64,000 bases of DNA, taken from Thermoanaerobaculia bacterium (GTDB lineage Bacteria; Acidobacteriota; Thermoanaerobaculia; Multivoradales; JAHEKO01). Position numbers and translations under genes: made by a program. The stretch is from contig JBHHWO010000003.1 in assembly GCA_046756565.1 (NCBI GenBank), forward strand, positions 144 to 64,143, given 5' to 3'. Shown here piece by piece: positions 27,482-37,086 of this stretch. The first letter of the stretch is position 1, and the number at the start of each line of letters is the position of its first letter. The notes under the pieces are model-generated. The model did not search any database. It was not told the origin of the DNA and saw nothing but the letters and a program-made list of their open reading frames with translations.

Positions 27482-28804
27482 TCAGGAGCCCGGGAGCATG
27501 CCCTCCGGAATGACCTTGCGTAGATCGAAGTAGATGACCATCACCATCAGCATGATGATGAGGACAAAGCCCACCTGGTTGACGCGCTCTTTCAACGTGA
27601 ACGACAAGTCGCGCCGGAACAGGCTCTCCACCAACAGGATCACGATCTGACCGCCGTCGAGAATCGGCACCGGCATCAGATTGAGAATGGCGATGCTGAT
27701 GCTGATCAGGCCCATCAGATGAAGCAGGTTGCGAAGCCCGGATCGAGCCGCGGCCCCGCTGAGCGCGGCGATCTGAATCGGACCCGACAGCGCGCTCTTG
27801 GCGGCCAGCTTGCCGGTGAAGATCTTCCCCAGCACCGCAAACGTCTGGCGGGTCACATCCCAGTTGAACCGGCAGCTCTGGACTACGGATTCGATCGGGC
27901 CGTAGCGTTGAAACGAGGTCGAAGCCAGGCTGACTCCGATCCAGCCGCGACCTTCGTTCTCCCGTGGCACGACCGTCAGCGTCAGCGAGCTTCCGTCGCG
28001 CTGTATTTCCACCAGAATCGACTGGCCGGGTCGCTCGGACAGGTAGTCGACGAAATCCCTTTGCCCACTCAGGGGCCGACCGTCGACGGCGCGGATCTCG
28101 TCGCCGACCAGGAGACCGGCGGCCTCGGCGGGATCGTTGGGAAACAGCCCCGCGACTCGCGGCAGCATCTCGGGGAAAACGCCGGCGTCGCCGAACTCGT
28201 ACTTCGGGACGGTGTCCGGCACCACGGTCGCCCGGAGCGTCTCACCCGACCGGTCGAGCTCGAGCTCGACCGGTTTTCCAGGAGATGTCAGAATGGCAAA
28301 CCGAACCTCTTCCCAGTTCTCGACGGGCTTATTGCCGATCGCGGTCACCACGTCGCCCGGCTCGAGCCCGGCTCTCGCCGCCGGCGATTCGGGTCGAACG
28401 CCTCCGACCACCGACGGCAGATCCGGGGGCGCAGCCACCTCGATCCCGACCATGAACACCACGGCGATCAGAGCGATCGCCAGCACGATGTTCATCGCCG
28501 GACCGGCCAGATAGATGACGATTCGCTGCCACCGGGGCTTGTTGAGAAACTCGGAGGGGTCGTCACCGACCTCGCTCGGATCCTCGCCGCTCAGCTGTAC
28601 ATAGCCCCCGAGCGGAACCAGTGACACACGATAGTCCGTGCCGGCGCGCTCGAAGCCCCACAGGCGCTTGCCGAAGCCCAGCGAGAACACGTGCGCGTGC
28701 ACCTTGAACAACTTCGCCGCCACCAGGTGCCCACCCTCGTGAACAAAAATAATGACCCCGAGCGCGAAGACAAAGGCGGCCGTGTTGATCAGGAACGTCG
28801 TCAT
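27482..28804 (-). CDS. rseP: Site-2 protease RseP (M50 zinc metalloprotease with PDZ domains)
   Basis: FVHEGGHLVAAK (HExxH); PDZ regions; C-terminal LDGG motif. ATG at 28804 gives the canonical N-terminus; the track ORF starts at 28867. Confidence 0.85.
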   Translation of the reverse strand: MTTFLINTAAFVFALGVIIFVHEGGHLVAAKLFKVHAHVFSLGFGKRLWGFERAGTDYRVSLVPLGGYVQLSGEDPSEVGDDPSEFLNKPRWQRIVIYLAGPAMNIVLAIALIAVVFMVGIEVAAPPDLPSVVGGVRPESPAARAGLEPGDVVTAIGNKPVENWEEVRFAILTSPGKPVELELDRSGETLRATVVPDTVPKYEFGDAGVFPEMLPRVAGLFPNDPAEAAGLLVGDEIRAVDGRPLSGQRDFVDYLSERPGQSILVEIQRDGSSLTLTVVPRENEGRGWIGVSLASTSFQRYGPIESVVQSCRFNWDVTRQTFAVLGKIFTGKLAAKSALSGPIQIAALSGAAARSGLRNLLHLMGLISISIAILNLMPVPILDGGQIVILLVESLFRRDLSFTLKERVNQVGFVLIIMLMVMVIYFDLRKVIPEGMLPGS

Positions 28805-28957
28805 CTGGATGTAAACCGGCTGGATTCGAGCCGGCTGAGCTCGAAAGCCGGCGGTTTCAGAGGCCAAGCAGGCCGCAGAGGGCGCTCATCATACACCGGT
28901 TGACGGCGCCGACGACCTCGCATGGGCTCGTCCCGCGGGAACCTTGCGAGGTGCCTC

Positions 28958-29776
28958 CTAGCTCCCCACCAGAGGCGTGAACCGGCAGATCAGCTCCAGA
29001 ACCGGCCCGCCGACGAACAGGGAGTCGAGGCGGTCGAGTATGCCCCCATGGCCGGGGAGCAGAGCGCCGGAATCCTTGGCACCGGCGGCTCGCTTGATCA
29101 GTGATTCGACCAGGTCCCCGATCTGGCCGGCGGTGGAGATCAACGCACCGGTAGCGAGCAGCCAGGGCTCCAGACCACCCAGGCGCCACGCCCCCCAAAG
29201 GCCCGCCGCGAGCACGCCCAGGACGAGGCCGCCGACCGCGCCTTCCCAAGTCTTGTTTGGACTCACCCGAGCGGCGATCTTTTTCTTGCCCCAGGTGCGT
29301 CCGACCAGAAAGGCGCCGGTATCGGTCGCCCAGATCACCGCCAGCAGCAGGACCATCAGCCAGGGGTCCCGGCCTCTGAGCCGATCGAAGGCGACTACAG
29401 GGAGGGCGAGGTAGAGCGAGCCAAACGCCAGAGCTCCGAGCGCGAGAGCCCGCTCGCGGACCGAGTCTCGGCTCCACAGGGCCGCCAGCGAGGTCCCGAG
29501 GGTCGCCAGGATCACGAAGCCAAAAACCCATGATGCGGATTCGCCGCCAATCCGGCCGTTCAGCGCTCTGGCCAGCGCCGGGGCCGCCAGGAGAACGAAA
29601 ACCGGTAGGCTCCACGCGGCTCGGCCGGCACCGGTAGAGACCGCGAGTCTGGCAAGCTCGACGGCGCCGGCCACGCACACCACCAGGACCACGCCGAAGA
29701 AGCCGGCGCGCGGCAGCTGGAACACCGCCGCGAGCACCAACGGCATTCCCACCGCAGCCGTCAGGACACGTTGCAT
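28958..29776 (-). CDS. cdsA: Phosphatidate cytidylyltransferase
   Basis: ...SPNKTWEGAVGG... and PGHGGILDRLDS CdsA motifs. Real start is the ATG at 29776 (MQRVLTAAVGMPLVL...); the longer track ORF to 30112 overlaps uppS and is Arg-rich junk. Confidence 0.85.
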   Translation of the reverse strand: MQRVLTAAVGMPLVLAAVFQLPRAGFFGVVLVVCVAGAVELARLAVSTGAGRAAWSLPVFVLLAAPALARALNGRIGGESASWVFGFVILATLGTSLAALWSRDSVRERALALGALAFGSLYLALPVVAFDRLRGRDPWLMVLLLAVIWATDTGAFLVGRTWGKKKIAARVSPNKTWEGAVGGLVLGVLAAGLWGAWRLGGLEPWLLATGALISTAGQIGDLVESLIKRAAGAKDSGALLPGHGGILDRLDSLFVGGPVLELICRFTPLVGS

Positions 29777-29799
29777 GAATCGCCGCCGAACCGACTCTC

Positions 29800-30627
<828 letters not shown>

Positions 30628-30665
30628 CTGCTCGCAAGATGCTATAATTTAGCACAATCAAGCGA

Positions 30666-31436
30666 CTATTCGGCCACGCCGCGCACGTATGCGACGCTCT
30701 CGAGTACCAGGCCCTGAGACGGCGCCGTGGGTCCGGCCAGCGACCTGGATCCACCCCCGAGAAGCCGCTCGAACTCGATCACTCGACGTTTACCGAGCCC
30801 GACCTCGAGCAGGGTTCCCACCAGCGACCTGACCATGCCGCGCAGAAACCCCTCGCCCTCGACCCGGAGAATCAGGCCTCGATCGGCCTCGCGCAGATCC
30901 GCGGCGAAGATCCGCCTGTGCGGGTCCGAATGAGCGCCGCCACTGCGCGCAAACGCGGAGAAATCGTGCCGGCCCACGAGAGCTCCGACCGCCGAGCGCA
31001 TGAGCCCGAGGTCGACCGCAGGATCCACTTGAGCCGCGAACAGCGAATCCAGAGGCGAAAGCACCCGGGTTGGGATCATCCGATACGAATAGATCTTGCT
31101 GATCGCGCTTTTCTGGGCGTGAAACTCCGCGGGCATCCGATCGGCGGTCAAGACCCGTATGTCCGGTGGAAGATGTCTATTGGTCGCGTGGACGAGCGCT
31201 TTATCCGGCAGGGTCTGCCATGCCGGAGACTCACCGGGCTGAACCACGATGTGGGCGACTTGGCCGCGAGCATGAACCCCGGCGTCGGTACGTCCGGCGC
31301 CGACGGTGCGTACGCTCACGCCGAGCGCTCTCTCGAGGGCTTCCTCGAGGCGCTGCTGTACAGTCATCGCGTTCGGCTGACGCTGCCAGCCCGCGTATGC
31401 GGTCCCCCGGTAGGCGAGGGTCAGCCTTGGAACCAT
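30666..31436 (-). CDS. truA: tRNA pseudouridine(38-40) synthase TruA
   Basis: MVPRLTLAYRGTAYAGWQRQ...GAGRTDAGVHARGQVAH... (catalytic Asp). ATG at 31436; the track ORF extends to 31790 through an unrelated frame. Confidence 0.85.
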   Translation of the reverse strand: MVPRLTLAYRGTAYAGWQRQPNAMTVQQRLEEALERALGVSVRTVGAGRTDAGVHARGQVAHIVVQPGESPAWQTLPDKALVHATNRHLPPDIRVLTADRMPAEFHAQKSAISKIYSYRMIPTRVLSPLDSLFAAQVDPAVDLGLMRSAVGALVGRHDFSAFARSGGAHSDPHRRIFAADLREADRGLILRVEGEGFLRGMVRSLVGTLLEVGLGKRRVIEFERLLGGGSRSLAGPTAPSQGLVLESVAYVRGVAE

Positions 31437-31447
31437 CGGCCGTTCAC

Positions 31448-32764
31448 CTATTCCTCCTGCGCCCGTCTCATATCCAGCAGGCGCATCGCAGCATAGGGAC
31501 CCCAGAGCGCGGCGAAGATCCAGGGCATCATCGGAGTCTGAGTGAATTGCGGCACGTAGGCAAGAATGCCGGAGCAGCACAGAACCAGCCAGGCTCGGCG
31601 CTCCTCGAGAGCCGCAAAGGGAAGCAGCCAGAGCAGGTACCAGGGATACACAGTGGCCGAGCACAGCAGGGTGGCTTCGAGCACCCGACCGCCGGTGGTA
31701 ACCGGGTCCGGCTTGCGCCAGGCCGCTATCACCAGTCCTCCCAGCAGCCCGGCCAGAAGCAACCGAGCGTGCATGCGCGGATGGTTCCAAGGGTAGAACC
31801 GGTTCCAGTACTCATGCTCCTCGCTACGTTCCTTCCGGCGGTCCAGAATATCCTCGACGAAGTCCCTCGAATCGATCGCATCCAGCCCGCGCCACAGCGG
31901 CTCGTAGAGCGGGCCATTGAACTCCCAGGAGGTGCCGAAGCGCACGTACCCGGACGGGATGCCGCCGACCGATGTCGCGACCGGGCCGAATGCGAAGATA
32001 AGAGTCAGCCCGACAAGGCCGGCGAACACCCAGGGCCGCGGGCTCTGTCTCATCCACGCCGGCACCAGGATCAGGGGTACCAGCTTCGACAGAATCCCCG
32101 CGGCCGCCGCCAGAGCGGCGGTGGTGCTGTCCCGCTTGACCGCCAGAGCCCATACCGCCACCAGAACGAAGCAGACGCCCAGCGCGTCGACGTGCCCCAT
32201 TCCGGCGGTCTCGACCACCGCCAACGGGTTCCACGCGTACCAGATCGCCCCTCCCCGGCCGCATTTCCTGGTCGCCGCCAACCGGCACAGGAAGTAGCAG
32301 GCGATCAGATCGGCGATCGTCACGATCAGCTTCCAGGCCAGGATCGGCCACGGAAATCGGGCGGCTATGCTGAACAGAGTGAGTGCCAACGGCGGATAGA
32401 CCGTGGCGACATCGCGATGGTCGAGCTCCAGCCAGATATCGCCCCGCAACGAGGCAAGCTCGGGCGCGTCCGGCGACAACTCGTATGGGTTGAGGCCAGC
32501 TCCGGCGACCTTGCCGTCCCAAACGTATCGGTAGATGTCGTCGGACAGGGACGGCTGGATGGGCAACAACAGGAGGCGCATGGCTGTCGCGACCAGAATG
32601 ACGACACGGGCCGAGGGAACCGGCTGCCAGCGCCGAGCCCAGACCATGGCCGCCAGCGCAGCGCCGAAACACGCGAGCGCAACACCGAGCCGGGAGCCCA
32701 GGTCCCCGGTCGCCGCAAGCCCCAGGTACGGGACAAGCAATACGAGGTAACGTACGCCCTGCAT
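31448..32764 (-). CDS. Polytopic membrane glycosyltransferase (GT-C fold, DUF2029/GT87-like)
   Basis: More than 9 predicted TM helices; conserved ...SDDIYRYVWDGKV..GLNPY... loop motif typical of DUF2029 mannosyltransferase-like proteins. ATG at 32764 preferred (the track uses GTG at 32845). Confidence 0.6.
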   Translation of the reverse strand: MQGVRYLVLLVPYLGLAATGDLGSRLGVALACFGAALAAMVWARRWQPVPSARVVILVATAMRLLLLPIQPSLSDDIYRYVWDGKVAGAGLNPYELSPDAPELASLRGDIWLELDHRDVATVYPPLALTLFSIAARFPWPILAWKLIVTIADLIACYFLCRLAATRKCGRGGAIWYAWNPLAVVETAGMGHVDALGVCFVLVAVWALAVKRDSTTAALAAAAGILSKLVPLILVPAWMRQSPRPWVFAGLVGLTLIFAFGPVATSVGGIPSGYVRFGTSWEFNGPLYEPLWRGLDAIDSRDFVEDILDRRKERSEEHEYWNRFYPWNHPRMHARLLLAGLLGGLVIAAWRKPDPVTTGGRVLEATLLCSATVYPWYLLWLLPFAALEERRAWLVLCCSGILAYVPQFTQTPMMPWIFAALWGPYAAMRLLDMRRAQEE

Positions 32765-32826
32765 TCGGAACCCGGCCTCTCCATGCGGTCCCGAGGCACC
32801 ACTCAATCTGCGGACCTGGACCCAAA

Positions 32827-34347
32827 ATGACGAGCGACCTGGCACAACTGGTGCTGATTCTGTACTACTCGACTCTCGGCGTCCTGGCTGTTTACGGCGG
32901 ACACCGTCTGGTGCTCGTGGTCCTCTACTTCCGCACCCGGCACCTTAGCGCACCGGTTCCGCCCGAACCGGAGATCTGGCCTCGGGTCACGGTGCAGCTG
33001 CCGCTATACAACGAGCTCTACGTCGCCGAGCGGCTGATCCGGGCGGTCGGAGAGCTCGACTACCCGAGAGACCGTCTCCAGATCCAGGTCCTGGACGATT
33101 CCAACGACGAAACCCGGGAGATCGTGGCCCGCACGGTCGCCCGGCTCCACAGCCGGGGCATCGACATCGAGCACATCCGGCGGCCGGATCGTACCGGCTT
33201 CAAGGCCGGTGCCCTCGAGTACGGTCTCGGGACGGCCACCGGCGAGCTGGTTGCGATCTTCGACGCCGACTTCGTGCCCCACCCGAGCTATCTCCGAGAG
33301 ATCGTGCCGTACCTCGCCGACGCCGAAGGCCGCGACCTTGGCATGGTGCAGGCCTGCTGGGAGCACTTGAACCGCGACTACTCTCTGCTGACGCGCATCC
33401 AGGCCATCTTCCTCGACGGTCACTTCCTGGTCGAGCACGCGGCCCGCAATCGGAGCGGCTGCTTCTTCAACTTCAACGGCACCGCCGGAATCTGGCGGCG
33501 TCAGGCGATCGTCGACGCCGGCGGCTGGCAGCACGATACGCTGACCGAGGACCTGGACCTTTCATACCGGGCTCAGCTGGCCGGCTGGCGCTTCCTGTTC
33601 CTGCCGGATCTCAAGGTGTCGGCGGAGCTCCCCGTCGAGATCAACGCGTTCAAGCGCCAACAGTTTCGATGGGCAAAGGGATCCATCCAGACGGCGCGCA
33701 AACTGCTTCCGACAATCCTCAAGGCTCCGATCGACTGGAGGATCAAGGCCGAGGCATTCGTTCACCTGACCAACAACGCCAGCTATCTGCTTATGGTTCT
33801 CTTGTCCGTGCTGGTATTTCCGGCAATGGTCTTTCGTCGAGGCTCCCCGGTTACGAGCCTGCTGACGATCGACCTTCCTTTGTTTCTGTGCGCGACGGTA
33901 TCGGTACTGGCATTCTACGCGACTAGCCAGTTGTCCGCTCGGGGCGGTGGCAGACTGAGACAACTGGTGCCGCTGATGGGCCTCGGCATCGGCCTGGGCA
34001 TCAACAATTCGCGGGCGGTCCTCCAGGGGCTCATGAAAGACGTCGGCGTCTTCGAGCGAACTCCCAAGTACCGCATCGAGTCCCGCAACGACAAGTGGCG
34101 TACCAAGAAGTATCGCGTCCGTGCCAACCTCGGCACCGTGCTCGAAGGCCTTCTCGCGGGCTGGTTCGTCATCGCGTTTCTGCTCGCCTGGCAGTGGGGC
34201 ATGTGGTCCTCACTTCCGTTCTTGTACCTGTTCCTACAGGGCTACTGCTACATGTACGCTTTGTCGATGGTCTCGAGCGGCTTCGGCGCTTCCCTCACGA
34301 CACGCCCCGCGGTGGTCCCGGCGCCTCTGGACGGCGGAGGGCCCTGA
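32827..34347 (+). CDS. Family-2 glycosyltransferase, membrane-embedded processive type (CESA/CslA-like)
   Basis: D...DDSND, DADF, and QFRWAKG (QxxRW) motifs plus N- and C-terminal TM helices. Divergently arranged with the GT-C gene (62-bp intergenic). Confidence 0.8.
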   Translation: MTSDLAQLVLILYYSTLGVLAVYGGHRLVLVVLYFRTRHLSAPVPPEPEIWPRVTVQLPLYNELYVAERLIRAVGELDYPRDRLQIQVLDDSNDETREIVARTVARLHSRGIDIEHIRRPDRTGFKAGALEYGLGTATGELVAIFDADFVPHPSYLREIVPYLADAEGRDLGMVQACWEHLNRDYSLLTRIQAIFLDGHFLVEHAARNRSGCFFNFNGTAGIWRRQAIVDAGGWQHDTLTEDLDLSYRAQLAGWRFLFLPDLKVSAELPVEINAFKRQQFRWAKGSIQTARKLLPTILKAPIDWRIKAEAFVHLTNNASYLLMVLLSVLVFPAMVFRRGSPVTSLLTIDLPLFLCATVSVLAFYATSQLSARGGGRLRQLVPLMGLGIGLGINNSRAVLQGLMKDVGVFERTPKYRIESRNDKWRTKKYRVRANLGTVLEGLLAGWFVIAFLLAWQWGMWSSLPFLYLFLQGYCYMYALSMVSSGFGASLTTRPAVVPAPLDGGGP

Positions 34348-34349
34348 GC

Positions 34350-34904
34350 GTGGTAGCCCATCCGGACCATGAGCGGCATGGTGCTCCGGCGGTCACCATT
34401 CGGCCGATCCGACCGTCCGACGCGCCACTCCTGGATCGCTGGCGCCTCGAGCCCAGCGTCCGCGAGCACCAACCGCTGTCTGACTCCTCGACCGCGCAAC
34501 TGCTGGCGGACCTGCACCGGCAGAGACACGAGGACCTCTACGCCTCACGGGGCGAGAAGTTCCAGTGGGTCATCCAGCACGATCTGCGACCCGCGGGCTG
34601 GATCACCCTGGTGATCATCAATTGGAGCCACGGGCTCGCCGAGATCGGGTACGCCCTGTCGACCGAGTTCCAACGCAAGGGCCTGATGGGCCAGGCTCTT
34701 CGGACCCTGCTCTCCGATCTTTTTTCCCGCACCGCGGTGCGGCGGGTCGAAGCCCGGTGCGCGGTCGACAATCAGCCGTCGCAACAGGTCTTGGAACGCG
34801 TCGGCTTCGAGCGAGAGGGCTTCCTGCGTGGCTATTTCGTGCTGCGCGGGAAACCGGTCGACAACTACCTCTACGCGATCCTCAAGAGCGACTGGGCCTC
34901 CTAG
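34350..34904 (+). CDS. GNAT-family N-acetyltransferase (RimJ/RimL-like)
   Basis: GTG start overlapping the GT2 stop (TGAGCGTG). ...IRPIRPSDAPLLDRW...EIGYAL...QRKGLMGQALRTLL...VEARCAVDNQPSQQVLERVGFEREGFLR... GNAT motifs A/B. Confidence 0.7.
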   Translation: MVAHPDHERHGAPAVTIRPIRPSDAPLLDRWRLEPSVREHQPLSDSSTAQLLADLHRQRHEDLYASRGEKFQWVIQHDLRPAGWITLVIINWSHGLAEIGYALSTEFQRKGLMGQALRTLLSDLFSRTAVRRVEARCAVDNQPSQQVLERVGFEREGFLRGYFVLRGKPVDNYLYAILKSDWAS

Positions 34905-34911
34905 AAGACGA

Positions 34912-37083
34912 CTACAGGTACTCGAGGCCGGCGTACTTCGCCACCAGCTTGCGTTTGCCTACGCGGTCGAAGTAGACCGTGAGCTTGCTGGCGTCGCCGT
35001 CCCCTTCACTGCCCAGAACGACGCCGTCGCCCAGGGTCGGGTGCCGCACCCGGCGGCCTCGGGAGAGAGCCCTGGGCTCGGCGCTCGAGCCGCTTCGCCC
35101 GGGCTGGGCGCGGCCGAAGAAGCTGTAGACGCCACTGGTTCTAGGACTGGCAAAGAGGTCCGGACTGTCGGTGATTGTCAGGCTGTCCTCGGGGATCTCG
35201 GCGATGAACCGGGATTGTTCCTGATCCTGATAGCGGCCGGCAATCCGGCGCCGGCGGCAGCAGGTCAGAAAAAGCGTCCGCCGAGCTCGGGTCATTCCCA
35301 CGTACAGGAGCCGCCGCTCCTCTTCGACATCCTCTTCCCCGCCGAGTGCGTTGAAGTGCGGCAGCAGGCCCTCTTCCAGACCGGCCACAATGACTGCGGG
35401 AAACTCGAGACCCTTGGCGCTGTGCAGGGTCATCAGCGAGACGCCGCGATCCGACTGCCAGCCATCGATGTCGGACACCAGTGATGCGTGGTCCAGGAAG
35501 GCGCCCAGGAGGTCGTCCTCCTCATGGCTCTTCTCCTCCACGAACTCGTGGATCGCGGTGACGAACTCGCGGATGTTTTCGAACTTGGCTTGTGACTCCG
35601 GGTCCTCCTTGCGGTAGAGCTCGAGGTAGCTGGTCTCTTCCAGGAGCTTCTCGATCAGGTCGGGCAGCGCGAGGCGCTCCGCGGCCTCGCTCAAACCCAC
35701 GATCAGGTCGCGAAAACCGGTCAGTGCCTTGGCGCTTCTCTGCGGGAACCGGCCCGGCTGAAGATGCCGCAGAGCGTCCCACAGGGTCGAGCCGCTGGAG
35801 GCGACGCTCTGATCCAGAAGTTCCCGGGTCGCCTTGCCGATGCCGCGCGGCGGCTGGTTGATCACCCTGCCGAGCGAGAAGTCGTCCTGAGGATTGCGCA
35901 GCAGGCGCAGGTAGGCGACGAGATCCTTGATCTCGGCACGCTCATAGAAGCGCAACCCACCCACCAGAACGTAGGGAATCCGCCGATCCAGCAGTCGCTC
36001 CTCGACCACACGGGTCTGGGCATTGGTTCGGACCAGCACCGCCATCTCGCTCCAGCGCCGTTTGTCGTGCAATTGCTCGAGCGTGTTGGCGATCCAGCGC
36101 GCTTCATCCTGCTCGTCGCCCGCTCGGTAGAGCTCGACCGGATCACCGTCTCCCGAGTCGGTCCACAGCTTCTTGCCACGGCGCCGGCTGTTGTTCGCGA
36201 CCACCGCTCCCGCCACCGTGAGGATGTTCTGGGTGGAGCGGTAGTTCCGCTCGAGCTTGCGGACCTGGGCCTCCGGAAAGTACTTCTCGAAATCAAGTAC
36301 GTTGTCCAGATCCGCTCCCCGCCACCGATAGATGCCCTGATCCTCGTCTCCAACCGCCGTCAGGTTGCCGGCTGCACCGATCAGCTCCAGCACCAGATGC
36401 ATCTGCGCGTGATTGGTATCTTGAAACTCGTCCACCATCAGATAGTGGATTCCGTCCCGGAGACGCTGGCGCACGTCCTCGTGTCCCTTGAGAAGCGCCA
36501 CGGCGAGGCGCAGCATGTCGTCGAAATCGACCCCGGCGGCCTTCTGGAGAAGCCCCTGATAGGTGCGGTAGATGCCTGCGACCTTCTGATCGAAGAAGCT
36601 TCTGGCCTCGGCTTCGAACGCCGACGGATCGAGGAGCCGGTTCTTGGCCGCGCCGATCGCCGCCAGAACACTGCGCGGGGGATAGGACGAGTCGGCCAGC
36701 CCTTCCTGCTGAAGCGCCTTTTTGACCATCCGGATCTGATCATCCCGGTCGAAGATCAGAAAGCCGTGCTTCAACCCCACCCGCTCGCCGTAGCGCCGCA
36801 GGAGGCGCAGGGAGAAACCATGAAAGGTGCCGACGAAGCTCGGCAAAGGCTCGATCCGCACCAGACCTTCGACCCGCTCACGCATCTCCGCCGCCGCCTT
36901 GTTGGTGAAGGTGACCGCCACGATGGCGGCGGGATCGATTCCCAGTCCCTCGACCAGCCAGGCCACCCGGTGGGTGATGACGCGGGTCTTGCCCGATCCG
37001 GCGCCCGCCAGAACCAGCTGCGGCCCTTCCCCGTGGGTGACCGCCTCGAGCTGCTGCGGATTGAGGTCGCGTTCGAGGTCCAA
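34912..37083 (-). CDS. uvrD: ATP-dependent DNA helicase UvrD/PcrA
   Basis: ...LNPQQLEAV...LVLAGAGSGKTRVITHR... (motif I), DEFQDTN (motif II), and a full SF1 helicase core. Confidence 0.9.
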   Translation of the reverse strand: MDLERDLNPQQLEAVTHGEGPQLVLAGAGSGKTRVITHRVAWLVEGLGIDPAAIVAVTFTNKAAAEMRERVEGLVRIEPLPSFVGTFHGFSLRLLRRYGERVGLKHGFLIFDRDDQIRMVKKALQQEGLADSSYPPRSVLAAIGAAKNRLLDPSAFEAEARSFFDQKVAGIYRTYQGLLQKAAGVDFDDMLRLAVALLKGHEDVRQRLRDGIHYLMVDEFQDTNHAQMHLVLELIGAAGNLTAVGDEDQGIYRWRGADLDNVLDFEKYFPEAQVRKLERNYRSTQNILTVAGAVVANNSRRRGKKLWTDSGDGDPVELYRAGDEQDEARWIANTLEQLHDKRRWSEMAVLVRTNAQTRVVEERLLDRRIPYVLVGGLRFYERAEIKDLVAYLRLLRNPQDDFSLGRVINQPPRGIGKATRELLDQSVASSGSTLWDALRHLQPGRFPQRSAKALTGFRDLIVGLSEAAERLALPDLIEKLLEETSYLELYRKEDPESQAKFENIREFVTAIHEFVEEKSHEEDDLLGAFLDHASLVSDIDGWQSDRGVSLMTLHSAKGLEFPAVIVAGLEEGLLPHFNALGGEEDVEEERRLLYVGMTRARRTLFLTCCRRRRIAGRYQDQEQSRFIAEIPEDSLTITDSPDLFASPRTSGVYSFFGRAQPGRSGSSAEPRALSRGRRVRHPTLGDGVVLGSEGDGDASKLTVYFDRVGKRKLVAKYAGLEYL

Positions 37084-37086
37084 CGT

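Noticed and set aside
31437-31790. Upstream extension of the truA ORF
   Set aside because: TruA homology begins at MVPRLTLAYRGTAYAGWQ (ATG at 31436). The extension overlaps the 3' end of the GT-C gene on the same strand.
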